Source: Lama glama
Taxonomy: Eukaryota
DNA length: 64,000 bases
Direction of reading: 5' to 3'
Assembly (NCBI GenBank): GCA_028534125.1
Contig: CM052818.1
Span: forward strand, 30,382,001 to 30,446,000
This document shows, piece after piece, positions 12,790-25,999 of the stretch. The position numbers and the translations under genes were made by a program. Below the pieces are notes generated by a model, which did no database searches, was not told where the DNA came from, and worked only from the letters and a program-made list of their open reading frames with translations. Positions within the stretch are counted from its first letter, which is position 1, and each line of letters opens with the position of its first letter.

Positions 12790-13730
12790 TGTTAGGAGGT
12801 TAATGCAGTATTGTCATTTATAAGAAATATTTTTTGGTCATTTAGATGACCAAAATGTATTTCACATACATATTTGAGCTTCTTCCACAGTTCCTGGCTC
12901 ACAGCTCCCCAAACTCTTGAAATTTCCTGAGTGGTGAGATTGACGAAGGTGTCTCTTATGTTACTGAGTGACTTTTGGACTCCACCTAAGGATGGGGGCT
13001 GGTTGCCAGGATAACTAAGTTTGTGATTAGAGGGTTGGAATTTATTCCCACTCCCCGACCTTCTCAGTGGGAGGGGAGAGGACCTGAAAGTTGAATCAGT
13101 GCCATAAGTACTATGTAATGAAACCCCAATAAAACCCCAAAAGGATAGCATTTGGAGAGCTTCTAGGTTGGTGAATATGTGAAGATTTGGGGAGAGTGGC
13201 CCACCTGGAGAGGGTATGGAAGATACTGGTCCTTTCCCCTTATCTTGCCCTACCTGCATCTCTTCCATCTAGTTGTTGCTAAGTTACATCTTTTTATAAT
13301 AAAATGGTGATCTAGTAAGTAAAATGTTTTTCTGAGTTTTGTGAGCCAAAATTAGCAAATTTCTGTCAAATTAATTGAACCCAAGGAGGGGGTCATGGAA
13401 ACCAGTCTGTTAGAAGTACGAGTAACAACTTGGACTTTGCAATTGGCATCTGAATTGAAATTCAAAGAGGAGATTGATGGATCTCCAATCTGTAACTAGT
13501 TGATCAGAAGTACGGGTGACAGCCTGGGCTTGGGACTGGCATCTGAAGTGGGGGATGGGAGAAGATTGAACCCTTAACCTGTGGTATTGGATGCTATCTC
13601 CAGGTAGATAAGTGTCAGAATTTAGTAGAATTCTTGGTCACCCTCCTGGTGTACGAGAATTGCTTGTTGGAGGTGTGGGCCCCCAACCCGTGTGAACCAC
13701 ACAGTGGAACTGGGTCCAGGAACACTAATA
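12790..13730 (+). mobile_element. Solo LTR, MER21-like
   Basis: Starts TG. Contains 'agttcctggctcacagctccccaaactcttgaaatttcctgag', 'gattagagggttggaa', internal AATAAA and repeated 'tggcatctgaa'. Confidence 0.75.
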
Positions 13731-14399
13731 TTTTGGTTTTTAAAACTTTCTTTGAAAACCTGGAGATGAGCATTGTTAAGAAAAAAGCAAAGCTCTTTGT
13801 TCTATTTTAATCACTTTGTAACTGAAAGTTCTTTATTGTACTTGTTAAGTTGTGGTTAATGAATTAAGAATAATTTCTCATTGACAGGATAAGGTACGTG
13901 AATTATTTTTGACCTATACTAGTACAGATAAAGCATAATCGTTTCAGAAGTAACTCATGACAGCCAAGAGTTTATAAATAAAATCTCACTCACAGCCTAC
14001 TCCTTTGCCTTTGAGCAATTAATTAGTTCAAATTGTTAAAACTAAAAATCTGCTCTTTTGTTTTTATGAAGTGTGCTTTGTACTTTTTATCATACCTTTG
14101 TTGAAATTATTTTTAGTAAGTTTTGTAATATAAACAAAATGATAATGTTGCCAGATCAATGAGGTTTTGGTTGGCCCTGCTTCCTTTATGGTGTTTTGAG
14201 GAGCATCTTTAACAAATATTTCTTAGTACGTATTTAATGTATAATTTGAACTTATTTTATCAATCACAGCAAACAGAAATTAGATTGTAAAGGTTTTCAG
14301 AATCTTCCCTTATTTGATCCTGGACCTATAAAACCGGCTATAGTCTAGGCTAGTTGATATGACAGTCTTTTCCAAGCCTTTTTCTATTTTGCATAATTT

Positions 14400-15730
14400 T
14401 TAAAAATGTATTTTTATTGAAGTATAGTCAGTTTACATTGTGTCAATTTCTGATGTACAGCACAATACTTCAGTCATATAGGAACATACGTAAATTTGTT
14501 TTTGTATTCTTTTTCACCATAAGTTATTATAAGATATTGAATATAGTTCCCTGTGCTCTACAGTAGAAGCTTGTTGTTTATCTCTTTTATGTGTATTAGT
14601 TAGTATCTACAAGTCTTGAACTCCCAATTTATCCATCCCCCCACCCTGCTCTGGTAACCATAAGTTTGTTTCTATATCTGTGGGTCTGTTTCTGTTTTAT
14701 AAAGAAGTTTTTCTCTTTTTTTAGATCCCACATATAAGTGATATTATATGGTATTTTTCTTTCTCTTTCTGGCTTACTTCACTTAGAATGACATTCTCCA
14801 AGTACATCCATGTTGCTGCAAATGGCATTATTTTATTATTTTTTTATGGCTGAGTAGTATTCTATTGTATAAATGTATCAGTTTCTTTATCCAGTCATCT
14901 GTCAATGGACATTTAGCTTGTTTCCATGTCTTGGCTTTTGTAAATAGTGCTGCTATGAACATTGGGGTGCATGTGTCTTCTTGAATTAAGGTTGCCTCTG
15001 GATATATGCTCAGGAGTGGGATTGCTGGAATATGGTAAGTCTATTTTTAGGTTTTTGAGGAATCTCCAAGCTGTTTTCCATAATGGCTGCACCAAACTAT
15101 ATTCCCACTAGCAGTGTATAAGGGTTCCCTTCTCGCCACACCCTCTCCAGCATTTATCATTTGTGGACTTTTGAACGATGGCCATTCTGACTTGTGTGAG
15201 GTGGTACCTCATGGTAGTTTTGATTTACATTTCTCTGATAATTAGTGATATTGAGCATTTTTTCATGTGCCTGTTGGCTGTCTGTGTGTCTTCACTGGAG
15301 AATTGCTTGTTTAGGTCTTCTGCCCATTTTTGGATTGTGTTGTTTGTTTCTTTCTTATTAAGTTGTATGAGCTGTTTATATATTCTGGAGATTAAGCCCT
15401 TGTCAGTCTCATCTTTTGCAAATATTTTCTCCCATTCTGTAGGTTGTCTTTTTGTTTTGCTTATAGTTTCCTTTGTTGTGCAAAAGCTTGTAAGTTTAAT
15501 TAGGTCCCATTTGTTTATTTTTGCTTTTATTTCTATTGCCTGGGTAGACTGCCCTAGGAGAACATTGCCAAGATTTATGCCAGAGAATGTTTTGTTTGTT
15601 TTCTTCTAGGAGGTCTATCATGTCTTGTCTTAAATATAAGTCTTTAAGCCATTTTGAGTTTATTTTTGTGTATGGAGTGAGGGAGTGTTCTAACTTCATT
15701 GATTTATATGCAGCTGTCCAGTTTTCCCAA
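14400..15730 (-). mobile_element. Young lineage-specific L1, 5'-truncated (ORF2 C-terminus and 3' UTR)
   Basis: 3' end 'ttttattgaagtatagtcagtttaca'. Broken ORF2 pieces 'MVQPLWKTAWRFLKNLKIDLPY' and '[15 protein letters not shown]'. Confidence 0.92.
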
Positions 15731-16259
15731 TATTTTGGAGAGTTTTTATTGATAATGTTATGTGCTGAAAGGGTACCCCCAAATTAAATTTAGCATAAGG
15801 ATATATATATAAAAATAAAGAGCCTGTATTGGAACTTGTGTGTTTAAAAAGTTGATGGACAGTGTGAATGAAATAATAAAAAGGGAAGAGAGTCAAGGAC
15901 TAAGAAGGTGATTATAAAGGAGATCAGTAAAAAGAAAGGCAAATGATGAATGCTGATGTGGTCACCTTATTTTTGTAGTAAGAATATATAATAATTGAAT
16001 TCTGAATAGACAAATTTCAAGGTCTCAGTGTTAAAAATAATCAGGCAGTCATAGTTGTAGTCTCTTGAAAGTGGCCCTCTCTGAGATTTTCAGTGTCTAT
16101 AGAGTTGTTTGAGAAAATAGAGACAATATCTCTTTGAGAATGGTAAGTATAGAGAAAAAATAACAGTCCAAGAGAGAACATTAAATTCTACACCACTAGC
16201 ATCCAGTTTTACTTTCCCATTCTCCACATGTTAACCAGGATCATCTTTTGTACTCTGTT

Positions 16260-17096
16260 GTACTTTGAATGAATATTTTACCTTTGCATGATTTTGTAAC
16301 ATCTCAGGGACTATTTGGAAAATATTTGTTCAGTAGTTATACATTTCTTTCAAATGTTGACATTTCATCATAGGATGTCAGAAATCACATTTGTTAATAT
16401 TACCATCAATTTCATCAGTTTTATCAAAAAAATGTTTAACTATTGGAAAGCTGTCAGTCTCACAGTGATAGAAGTTTTGCAGAAGTCTTGTTTTCCCTTA
16501 AAAGTTTCAGTTTTATCATTGGCAACAAATACTTCAGATGTTTTCTTTGAAGTGTCAGGCTCATTTTGTTCATTTTTCTAGAAATTTTCTGCCAAATACT
16601 TAAATTGGAATAACCACAATTTGTATACAGTCATATTTTTGAAGTAAAAATTATGTTCCATGGAACAAACGTCTAGTTTAGCTCACAGCTCGAAGTCACA
16701 GAGGATTTTTCCTTGAGATGTACTACTCTATGCAGCAGAAATACTTTATGCATTTATCACCACAAACTGAATGCATTTTGTCATACAGAATGTTTCTATA
16801 AAACTGTACTCAAAATTCAGGATTTAATGAAATTAAGTGGAACTGGCTTTTAAAAAAAACTTGGCGTGGGTGAAGGTTAAGAGTACATGACTGCTAGTAC
16901 ATTTTGATTCTATTACCTTGATCGTAGTTCTAATGTGCCAGCAGTTTAGCCAGCCTCACTTTTGTACTGTGAGTGCAAATGTCAACACAGTGAAAAGGCA
17001 AATAACTTCTTTGTATTATTATGAAAATAGTTTTGATTTTGTGTTCTCCTTGAAAGGATCTTGAGGAGTCTACAGTTCACACTTTAACAACTGCTG
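16260..17096. mobile_element. hAT-Charlie (Charlie1-like) remnant
   Basis: 'gaagtgtcaggctcattttgttcatttt', 'ttattatgaaaatagttttga', terminus 'cacactttaacaactgctg'. Confidence 0.7.
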
Positions 17097-19204
17097 TGAC
17101 ATAGAGTGATTGGATTTAGATTGTGCATAAGGTATTGGAGAAAGCATCTCTGAAAATGTGGTTTTTAAGCCAAGCAGAAGGAGCCATAGCACGTGTAAAA
17201 ACTTTGAAGTAGGCAAAGATGTTCCTGTCATCAAGGAGCTGCAAGGAGACCAGTATACATAAAGTATCGTGATCACAAGAAGGGGCTAGTTCATTTGAGA
17301 CTTTAGAACACATTATAAGGATTTTGAAATTTGTCCTCTGACCATGAAAAGCCGTTGAAAAACTTTTTAAGCCAGGAGAGTAATATGATCTGATTCATGT
17401 TTCAGAAAGAGTACTTTGGCTATTTAAGGAATTTAAAAAATGATACATTTAATTAATTTTCTCCCATATTTGTAGTTGCAGAATCTTTTCCTATTACTAA
17501 AACTTTAGTTAAAAACCGGAACTCAGGATGTTACTTAGATAGTAACTTGATTTCTGACTCATATCTTTCAGAAAACTTTGCAGGGCAGACAAAGAGAACA
17601 AAAAGGAATCTTCTTTGGGGCCACATGACATTTTATTCTTTATTTAAAATGTCTCCCCCACTTGCTGTGAAACACTTTAAAAAACTTACTTGTGTTCCAT
17701 TATTCAGTATCAGTAAGTATTTATGAGCACACACTCAGGTAGCTCACATACTGGGTGCACAGACTGTACCCCTCACAGTAAGTAGCTCCACGTGAATTCT
17801 CTGGAGGTATTATACATGAGCTACATTTATTTCTAAAAGAATGGCTACTGCTTTTTTTTCCAGTTTTTTCATACTAAAGATTTCTTTAACATATATGGCA
17901 ACATTGATTATTTGCTGATATTTAAAGGAACTCCTTTAAGAGAAAGAACCTCGTAATTAATTAAAGAGAGAGAAAGTGGTCTTACTTCTAGTGCCTACTC
18001 ATTTCTCTCCAGGATGTTTCTGTGGCCGTGGTCTTTATGGATCTAGCAATCTAGGGGGGGATAAAAAAGAAACTACATTATCTTTTATTTACATGATTAA
18101 TTTTCTTTTTTGGTTAGAGTATAGCTAACACAGAGACCCATTCTGAGATTACTACTGGTTTATTACACACTTTGTTTTTTCTTCTTTTCAGTGATACCTA
18201 GCCTTTTTTGGTTTGTTTTTGAGTATATCACTTTTAAGGGTTTTATATTGATGGGACCTAAATGTCTTTTCCTGTTCTCTCTCTTCACCGTATATGGAAC
18301 TTCACTGTGTTGCTTTTGGGTGAGTTTCTGCCAAACTGGAAAGAATCCTTTGGGCAGTTCAGACTGGCGAAAGCCCTTTTCCCCGCTAGTCTTCATCCTT
18401 TCGTTTAGGGCGGGTCTGATGAAAAGACATGCAAGGTAAATATTTGGGTATCAGAGGAGGCGTTAGGCTTGTGAAGCCGACCTCAGGTCTTTATTTCTGG
18501 AGTAGTGCTCATTTTATAGTCACTGTCAGAGGAACCTTGTTACACTTACCTATGAAATAAATCTATGCCTAGATTGATGTTTTTGAAGTCACTGCATATT
18601 TTAATTATATATCCTGGGTTTCCCAGGAGTGTTCTGATTTTAAATAATACTATACCTATCTCTTTTCATAGAAATACATTCCTCAATCATAAAAGATGCT
18701 TTTTTTTCTTACTCGATTCTTGGTTCATATAACACCTGGCCTCAGGCAAGTCTTCCAAACACTCAGAGTTACCATTATGTAAGTCCCACATTAGACTTTA
18801 AAAAATTGTGGTGATGTTTATGTGCTGTTAAGATAGGAGAACATAGTGGTATCTCTTTTGTTCATTTAGGAATCTATAGATTTGATCTTTTTTTTCTTAA
18901 ATGGTTGAGTTGATTATGGAGATGATGACAAGAAGTGAGTATTAATAGGGGAGAGGGTAAAGAGATTATGTTTCTGACTGGAAATGGCCTGTGAGTGATC
19001 TTACATGTGTGCTCTGTGTGACATCTTGAGGAGATTTTGGGACTAAACAGAATTGCTTCTCACATCTTTCTTATTCACCACCTTCCCACCCCCCATATAG
19101 CAAGTAATGTATAGCAGATAATAGGCTAATTTTCTTAGCTATAATAGGATTTTATCAAAATAAATATATTGATAAAGCACACATTCCTTGGCCTGCAAGT
19201 TTTT

Positions 19205-19308
19205 TTGTTTGTTTTTTTCCTATTTCAAAGATTTTTTTTTTAATTGAAGTGTTGTTAGTTTACCATGTTGTGTCAGTTTCTGGTGTATAGCATAATGTTT
19301 CAGTCATA
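19205..19308 (-). mobile_element. Tail-only L1 3' fragment
   Basis: T tract plus 'aattgaagtgttgttagtttacc...cagtcata'. TSD gcctg(c/a)aagttttt at 19191 and 19309. Confidence 0.8.
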
Positions 19309-20125
19309 GCCTGAAAGTTTTTGATGTGAAAGGAATATAACTCTGGGTCTCAGTCTTTGCGTCTTTGTCCATTAATTGAGCAGTGAGTAGCACTTAATTT
19401 TCTAGGTATGTAGCCTACATATACTCCTTTTTTTCTTATACTTTTGGTTCTTTTGGATCTGTGTATGTGTGTGTGGTGGGGAAAGTTTTGTTCTTACGAA
19501 TCTAGAAGAATAGAGAAATTAGATAGTTTTGGAATGTAGATTGTAGAGCTGTTTAAGATAAAATGAGAAGAAGTTAATTTTACTTTTGATGTCAAGATAA
19601 AGGGGTTGTGAAGATTTAAGCTACTGTTTAGCCCAGTTCTTTTCTTTAGCCTACAGGGCAAATGACACATAATTAAGTTTCTTTGTTTTTGAGAATGACT
19701 TCTACTTGAATGGGAACAGAGAAAGCTTATTACACAGAATTCTTCTCAACAAGATGCCTTTTTTCCCTGCCATGGAAAGAAATTTGGAAGTAGCTTTATC
19801 AGAATGTTTCTTTGTAATGATACTATGTATTTTTAGAATTTATACTGTTAGGTATTTTTATTAACGTTGTAGGCAAGTTTAGAATGTGTTATACTTTTGA
19901 GATTTTATTTAGTAACCAAAATGTTTAAAATTCAGTTAATATAGCTATTGGAAACCTGTATCCTTGCCATTGTGAATACAGAGGTCATTTTAAGCATAGT
20001 CAGTGGGTTTACTGTATATAATCAGTAACTGGTATTTCCAGGTGTTGAACATGGTACTTTTAAAGGCCTTCTAACAAAAAGACAGAGTTAAGGCTAAATT
20101 AACTGAAGAGCAAGTCATTAGTAGG

Positions 20126-20515
20126 TACATTAGCTTGCTAAGTGCTACCATAACAAAATACCGCAGACTAGCTGACTAAAACAACAGAAATTTATTTTCT
20201 CACGGTTCTAGATGCTGGAAAAGTCCAAGATGAAGGTGTTTGCAGGGTTGGTTTCTTCTGAGGCCTCTTTCCTCTGCTTGTGGATGGCTGTCCTCTTGCT
20301 GCCTTTGCACACGCTCACCTCTCTGTGCACGTGCACCCCTGGTGTCTCCTCCTCTGCTTGCACCAGTCATTCTGGATTCAGGCCTTACCCTCAGGGCCTC
20401 GTTTTAACTTAGTCATGTCTTTAAAGACTTTATTTCCAAATAGGCCACATTTTGAGGTGCGGAGGGTGGGAATTCAACATATGAATTTCAAGGGAACACA
20501 ATTTAGCACATAATA
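20126..20515 (-). mobile_element. Solo MaLR LTR (MLT1A-like)
   Basis: 'ccataacaaaatacc...aacaacagaaatttattttctcacggttcta...aagtccaagat'. Perfect 5-bp TSD GTAGG at 20121 and 20516. Confidence 0.88.
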
Positions 20516-20648
20516 GTAGGTAATGAAGTCAATCAAGGAAAACAGTGTTACGTGTAATTTTTAAAAATTACTTATTTTCAACCTTTTTATTTAATAAGGT
20601 TTGTGTAGAAGTGCGATTGTTCTGTGTTTTTTGTTGTATATCTCCTAG

Positions 20649-20761
20649 CCGGAGAATTTTCATCCTTGGGCCTTCTCATCATGTGCCCCTTTCTCGATGT
20701 GCACTTTCCAGTGTGGATATATATAGGACACCTCTGTATGACCTTCGTATTGACCAAAAGA
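20649..20761 (+). CDS. MEMO1: MEMO1 coding exon (3rd; Thr71-Ile109, includes His81)
   Basis: tctcctag| ... |gtaagt. [37 protein letters not shown], also visible in ORF 20545..20799. 113 nt, phase 2 to 1. Confidence 0.97.
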
Positions 20762-21844
20762 GTAAGTATATAGAGATCTTACAGCTTATAAACAGCTAAA
20801 GTTTTTAAAAATAGGAATTATAAGTTAATTTAAAATAAAAATATGAGTATTATAAGTAATATTTTAATTAAAAAAATAAAATTTGTTGTGACTAATCTGC
20901 AAAAAATAAAAACAAAGAAAATGTTCCATATGCCTAAAAGACAACTACACTTTTTCTTCCAGTTACAAAAATCTGTCATATTCACTAGTCTCCAGGCTGT
21001 AATGCTTTGCATTTATAATCAGGGAGGTACCATGTACTCATTGTACCATGAGACAAGAAACTGATACCCACAACAACTTGATGAGAGATTCTGGGCATGT
21101 TAGTGTATAACAGTTCTCTCTCAGTGTAAATGGATAATAGTGATAATGACTTTACTTCCTCATAAATGATTTTTTATAGGGAAAAAAAAGGGACTAGTTA
21201 TGAAACTCTGCAAGAAAAGTGCTACATAGATCTTAAGTGTATTTTATTTTTAAAACATGTTTTGATTTTTTAATAGGATTATAGAAACTCCCTTTTTTAT
21301 TAAGTTGAAGCTCATTTTGTACACTGAATGTGTAAAGTAAAACCTTTTGATTTTATAATAGTATTCTTGGAGCAGTGGGTGAACATAAATTTTAAAAATA
21401 CAGAATAATACAGAGACTATTATAACAAATACTCACGTACCAATTTATTATCCACAGTTGACTCAGAATTTTCCCTCATCTGAACTCCATTTATATTCCC
21501 CTGAATAACCACATTCATGAACTTGGTGTATATCCTTTCATTTCATGCAATTATATTTTAAGTATGTTGGGTATTTATTGTTTCAAGAAATTTTGAAGCA
21601 AGTTGTTCTGTAGAATGAAAGAAGCCATTTGAAAGGAAATGACCCTCTCTTTTTCTTTAATTTTTAGGCCTAAATTTTCATAATTTGGGGTTTTAAGCAT
21701 TATAGAGTATTAGCAATTTGTTGTTAGGATATATCGTATGAATGAAGCTGGAATATTACTAGCCTTATGCTCTGGGATGGTTTTAGGGGATATGCTTTTT
21801 TAAATTTTTAATCTGCTTTTTTTATGAATTTTGTTAAATTAAAA

Positions 21845-22240
21845 ATTTTTTTCCTTCTAGTTTTATTGAGATATAATTGACATACAGCACTGTATAAGAT
21901 TAAGGTGCACTGAATAGTGATTTGACATATATCAAATAGTGATTTGACTTAATATATATCATATATTTGACTTACATATTCACATACACATAAAGTTATC
22001 ACAGTAAGTTTAGTGAACATCCATCATATAGATACAAAATTAAAGAAAGTTAAAAAATAGAAAAAATTTTTTTGCCTTGTAATGAGAACTCTTAGGATTT
22101 ACTCTCAACTTTGATATCTAACGTATGCCGCTGAGCATGTACAATATTTATCACGTTACACATTACATCCCTAGTACTTACTTATCTTACTACTGAAAGT
22201 TTTGCCTTTTTACTACCTTCATCCAATTCCTCTTCCCCTC
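21845..22240 (-). mobile_element. L1 3' UTR fragment
   Basis: 'ttttattgagatataattgacatacagcactgtataag' and 'atgagaactcttaggatttactctc'. Confidence 0.75.
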
Positions 22241-22432
22241 TGGGACACACTTTATTTTTAAAACCTTGTTTGGGCATTTAGAAGATTTTGGTTTTGGATA
22301 GCCTGCCAGTGAAGAAATGGGAGATTTTTAATCAGTTTAATTTTATAGGAAAAAAAGTCATACCATTATTTGTTCCTTTCTTTGATATTGGTAAACCTGT
22401 TTAAGGATATAGTTATAAAAATGCTGATTCTG

Positions 22433-22522
22433 GGGAGACAGTATAGCTCAATGATAAAGTGCGTGCTTAGCATTCTCGAGGTCCTGAGTTCAATTCCCAG
22501 TATCTCCATTAAAAAAAATAAG
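22433..22522 (+). mobile_element. tRNA-derived SINE (camelid Vic-type)
   Basis: 'gtatagctcaatgataaagtgcgtgcttagc...ggtcctgagttcaattcccag' plus A tail. Perfect 18-bp TSD ataaaaatgctgattctg at 22415 and 22523. Confidence 0.92.
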
Positions 22523-23256
22523 ATAAAAATGCTGATTCTGTTCAGTGATAACACAAAAATATTCTTTTTTTTACATATTAAATTTCATCATTTTCTTGCT
22601 ATATAATAATCTAATTTTAAGTATAATTCATCAGGAGGGTCTGAATTACTAAATCATTTTAAGAACATTTATGGCATGGTACTGTGGTAAATTTATATTT
22701 CAATCTATCCCACAAGCTTAATTTTAAATTTTGTGGAAAATAGCATCCTTGGTAGGATTTTTTTGTTCTTTGTATAACACGAAACTGAGGTGTAAAACAA
22801 TAATCCTATACTTTTTATTAAAAAACAAAGGAAAACTCAAAAACTGTGTTACTAACCTCATGAGTAAGTACACCAAGGGTTTTTCCATGTTTCATTAGGT
22901 GTTCTAACCACCTATGTTCTTGTTAGTATCTACTGATTGATTAAGATCAAGGAAAAGCTTAGACCTAGAGGTGACTTTAGATACAATGAAAGGAACTGAT
23001 GAAAAATTTAAATTATTATTTTTTGTGTAACTTTGTGACATACAAAAATGCAGAGTCAGTCATTATATGTATTATTGTTTTGTCTGGTATGTTAGAAGCT
23101 AGTGTTTTCTCCTTTTTTAAAAATAAAAATGAAGGAGAATATTATGTGGTGTTTCTGTCTCTTGCCAAAGCATGTGGTTTTGTGTTACTGGGTGGAGTCT
23201 CACAGGAGAAGGATATACATTAATATATTTGTTTTACTATATTTTGAAATCTCTAG

Positions 23257-23368
23257 TTTACGGAGAACTGTGGAAGACAGGAATGTTTGAACGCATGTCT
23301 CTGCAGACAGATGAAGATGAACACAGTATTGAAATGCATTTGCCTTATACAGCTAAAGCCATGGAAAG
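23257..23368 (+). CDS. MEMO1: MEMO1 coding exon (4th; Ile109-Ser146)
   Basis: ctctag| ... |gtatat. [36 protein letters not shown], also visible in ORF 23172..23381. 112 nt, phase 1 to 2. Confidence 0.97.
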
Positions 23369-25999
23369 GTATATTAATTAATATAAGAAATCCCAGAGAA
23401 ATCATGGATATTAATTTCTTTGGAATTCTTTTAACTAGGATAAGACAATCATTAGGGTAAAGAGATTTTAAATTTTTTCATTGAAATGAAATAGAAATTT
23501 GAGATTTGGATTTTTTTGAATGTGGATTTGAGTTGGTTTTGAGTAGTTTGCCTATGCAGGCTAAATGTAAAAATTGACATAGCTGTTTTATTAGGTGGAA
23601 ATATTAAAAAAAAATCTGTGTGTGTGTTTGTGTGTATTGGCTTGCCTGTTATCTTATTCATAACGCATGTATTTATTCAGAATAATAATTACATTCTTTC
23701 ACGGTACAGTGCTATAAGTAAATAATCATAAAATTGTAGATTTGAAAGTAACATTGGAGGTCATATATTTGAGCCTTAATCAAAGTACGTGAATCTCTTG
23801 TATAATATGCTTGACAGATTATTATTTGATAGCTGCTGGAAAGTCTTTACATGATAGGGTGCTTACTAGACTGTAAGTAGAGTGAGGACAGGGACAGTAT
23901 TTTGTTCTCCACTTATCCCTCAGTATCTAGCACAGTGCCTGTCATATAGTAGTCATTTACTTTGGTAAAATGAAAGAATTGTTTTAAGAACTTTCTTCTT
24001 CTTTTAGGGCAATATTCATATTAGAAAATCTTCCTTTGTAGGTCATACTTCTCTGATTTTTTCAACTACTTCCTTTGTATAGATTTAATAGTCCATATAT
24101 AGTTTTAGTCCCAAATATGGTGAGATTACTCGTTCCCTGGTTCTTGTTACTGTGTTCTTCAGTAAAGTACATGGTGCATTTTAGGTTCTCAGTAAATATT
24201 TGTTAATTAAATGTGTTAATGAAGCCTGAAATTACATGAACAATTTTTATTGTAATATGGCTTACTTACTATTGTCTAATGTCTTGTGGTCAGCTAAAAC
24301 CCCAAGGCTTTTTCATTCTGCTAAGCTGGATTATTTTCTCCTCTTGTACTTCTGTGGTTGAGTTCTCTTTAACCCTAAATGTGTATGTCTTTTCAATTAC
24401 TTCTGTATAATTTTTTCATGTTGGTTTTATTCCATTATTGCAGTTTTGGGGTTATTTTTACTGTTAATTCTGTTATCAAAGTATTATTTACTTCTCTCAG
24501 TCTTACATTATCCACATCTGTCCACAATGGTAACTGTGAGGAATTACATAAATTTGAATAAGTTTCTGAAAGTCAGTGTGATGTTAAAAAAAAAAAGGAG
24601 TATAATTTTCAGTTAACTGTGTTTTAATACAATATAATTCTCTAGAAATTATTAAATCAATTTCAGCTGTTTATTTTTGGAATATTAGTGTAATCAGAAC
24701 ATCTCATTCTTCAACTACATAGGACAATACAAAACTTCTGTTGTTTGCTTAAATGTTTGTATATTTTGTCACAGGAAAATTTAGTTTAGGCTTAATAAAT
24801 TTCAATATAATAGAACTAATAAGCTACCAATAATATACTCAAGGAGGTTTTTTTTAAAGAATAACGCTTTTGACACAACATTGTAAAATGATTATAACTC
24901 AATAAAAATGTTAAAAAAATTTTGTTGTTTCACAAGTAAAACAGGTGCAATGTGGAAAAAACTTATTTAGGAAAATAGAGACTTGAAATCAACGAACAAA
25001 ATGTTTGTTCATAATTCCCCCTTATTAAATAGTGTAAAATAACCACTTTTAAGTGTATCACTTCTCAAGAAAACCTTCCCTATCTCTCAGATTACAATAG
25101 GATTCTTAATAGTATCTCATAGAAAGTACCCAGTACTTCCCTTTGTAACCTTTGCTGCACTCACTACCTGTATCAGTTATCCATTACTAAGTAATAAATT
25201 ATCTTAAAATTTAGTGACTTAAAATCATAACTGTTTTATTGCTGACAATTTTTGGATCAGGAGTTTGGGCAGGGAACACCTTGTTCTGGTCCATCAGATA
25301 TTGACTGAGATGACGAAAATGGGCCTTGAGGATCCAAGATGGCCTTAATGCTGGCTTTTAGTTGAGACACCTCATTTATTCTCTAGGTGGCCTGTTTGTT
25401 AATCAGCCTGGGCTGTTCTATCATCATGGTAATTCTGGATAGCAAGAGAAAAAAACATAAGTTTCTTGGCCCATTTAGGCCTAAGCCTGAAATTACAAAG
25501 CACCATTTCCACTGCATTTTGCTTTCCACCTCTTGATGAGAGGACTACCATATGTGTACAGGAATAGGAGGAATTGTTGGCAGCCATCTTTGCAGAGGGA
25601 CTACCATAATTCTTCCTCTGGTGGACCATTCACATTTCTCCAATGTGGGGGTCACACCTTGCTCTCCTAAGGTGCCCAGAAGTCTCATCCAGTTATGACC
25701 TCAGGTTCAAAGTGCATTATCTTGTGATCTGCATTAGGCTGGGATGTGGATAAGGCTCCTTGGGTGCAGGTCTTTTTGATTTGGATACCTATGAACTCAG
25801 AAGACACCCTCCTGTGCCCCCCAAATGCAGTCAGTATATAATTGTGAGACAGGGACAGTCCACCACAATAATTACTTCCCTTGAAGAGTGAAAGAATGGG
25901 AAGCATATAGTAGTCTCTGGTCCAAAGCAATTCTGAAATCTAACCAGGAAACAGAAAATGTCATTGATTATGGTTTGGTTCTGTCTTCATAATTCATTA

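Noticed and set aside
12792..13268. Longest ORF in the track (158 aa, minus strand)
   Set aside because: It lies wholly antisense within a MER21-like LTR and shows no recognisable domain, so it is a chance ORF.
14913..15787. ORFs with reverse-transcriptase-element-like peptides (also 27214-28138 and 37491-38329)
   Set aside because: These are frameshifted C-terminal L1 ORF2 debris or its antisense, not genes.
18361..18430. Hammerhead-like CTGATGA near GAAA (also at 7197 and 44584)
   Set aside because: Stems I-III and the NUH cleavage triplet cannot be assembled in any hammerhead topology.
22433..22500. tRNA gene-like A and B boxes
   Set aside because: The A-tail, 18-bp TSD and multiple diverged copies identify it as a SINE, not a tRNA gene.
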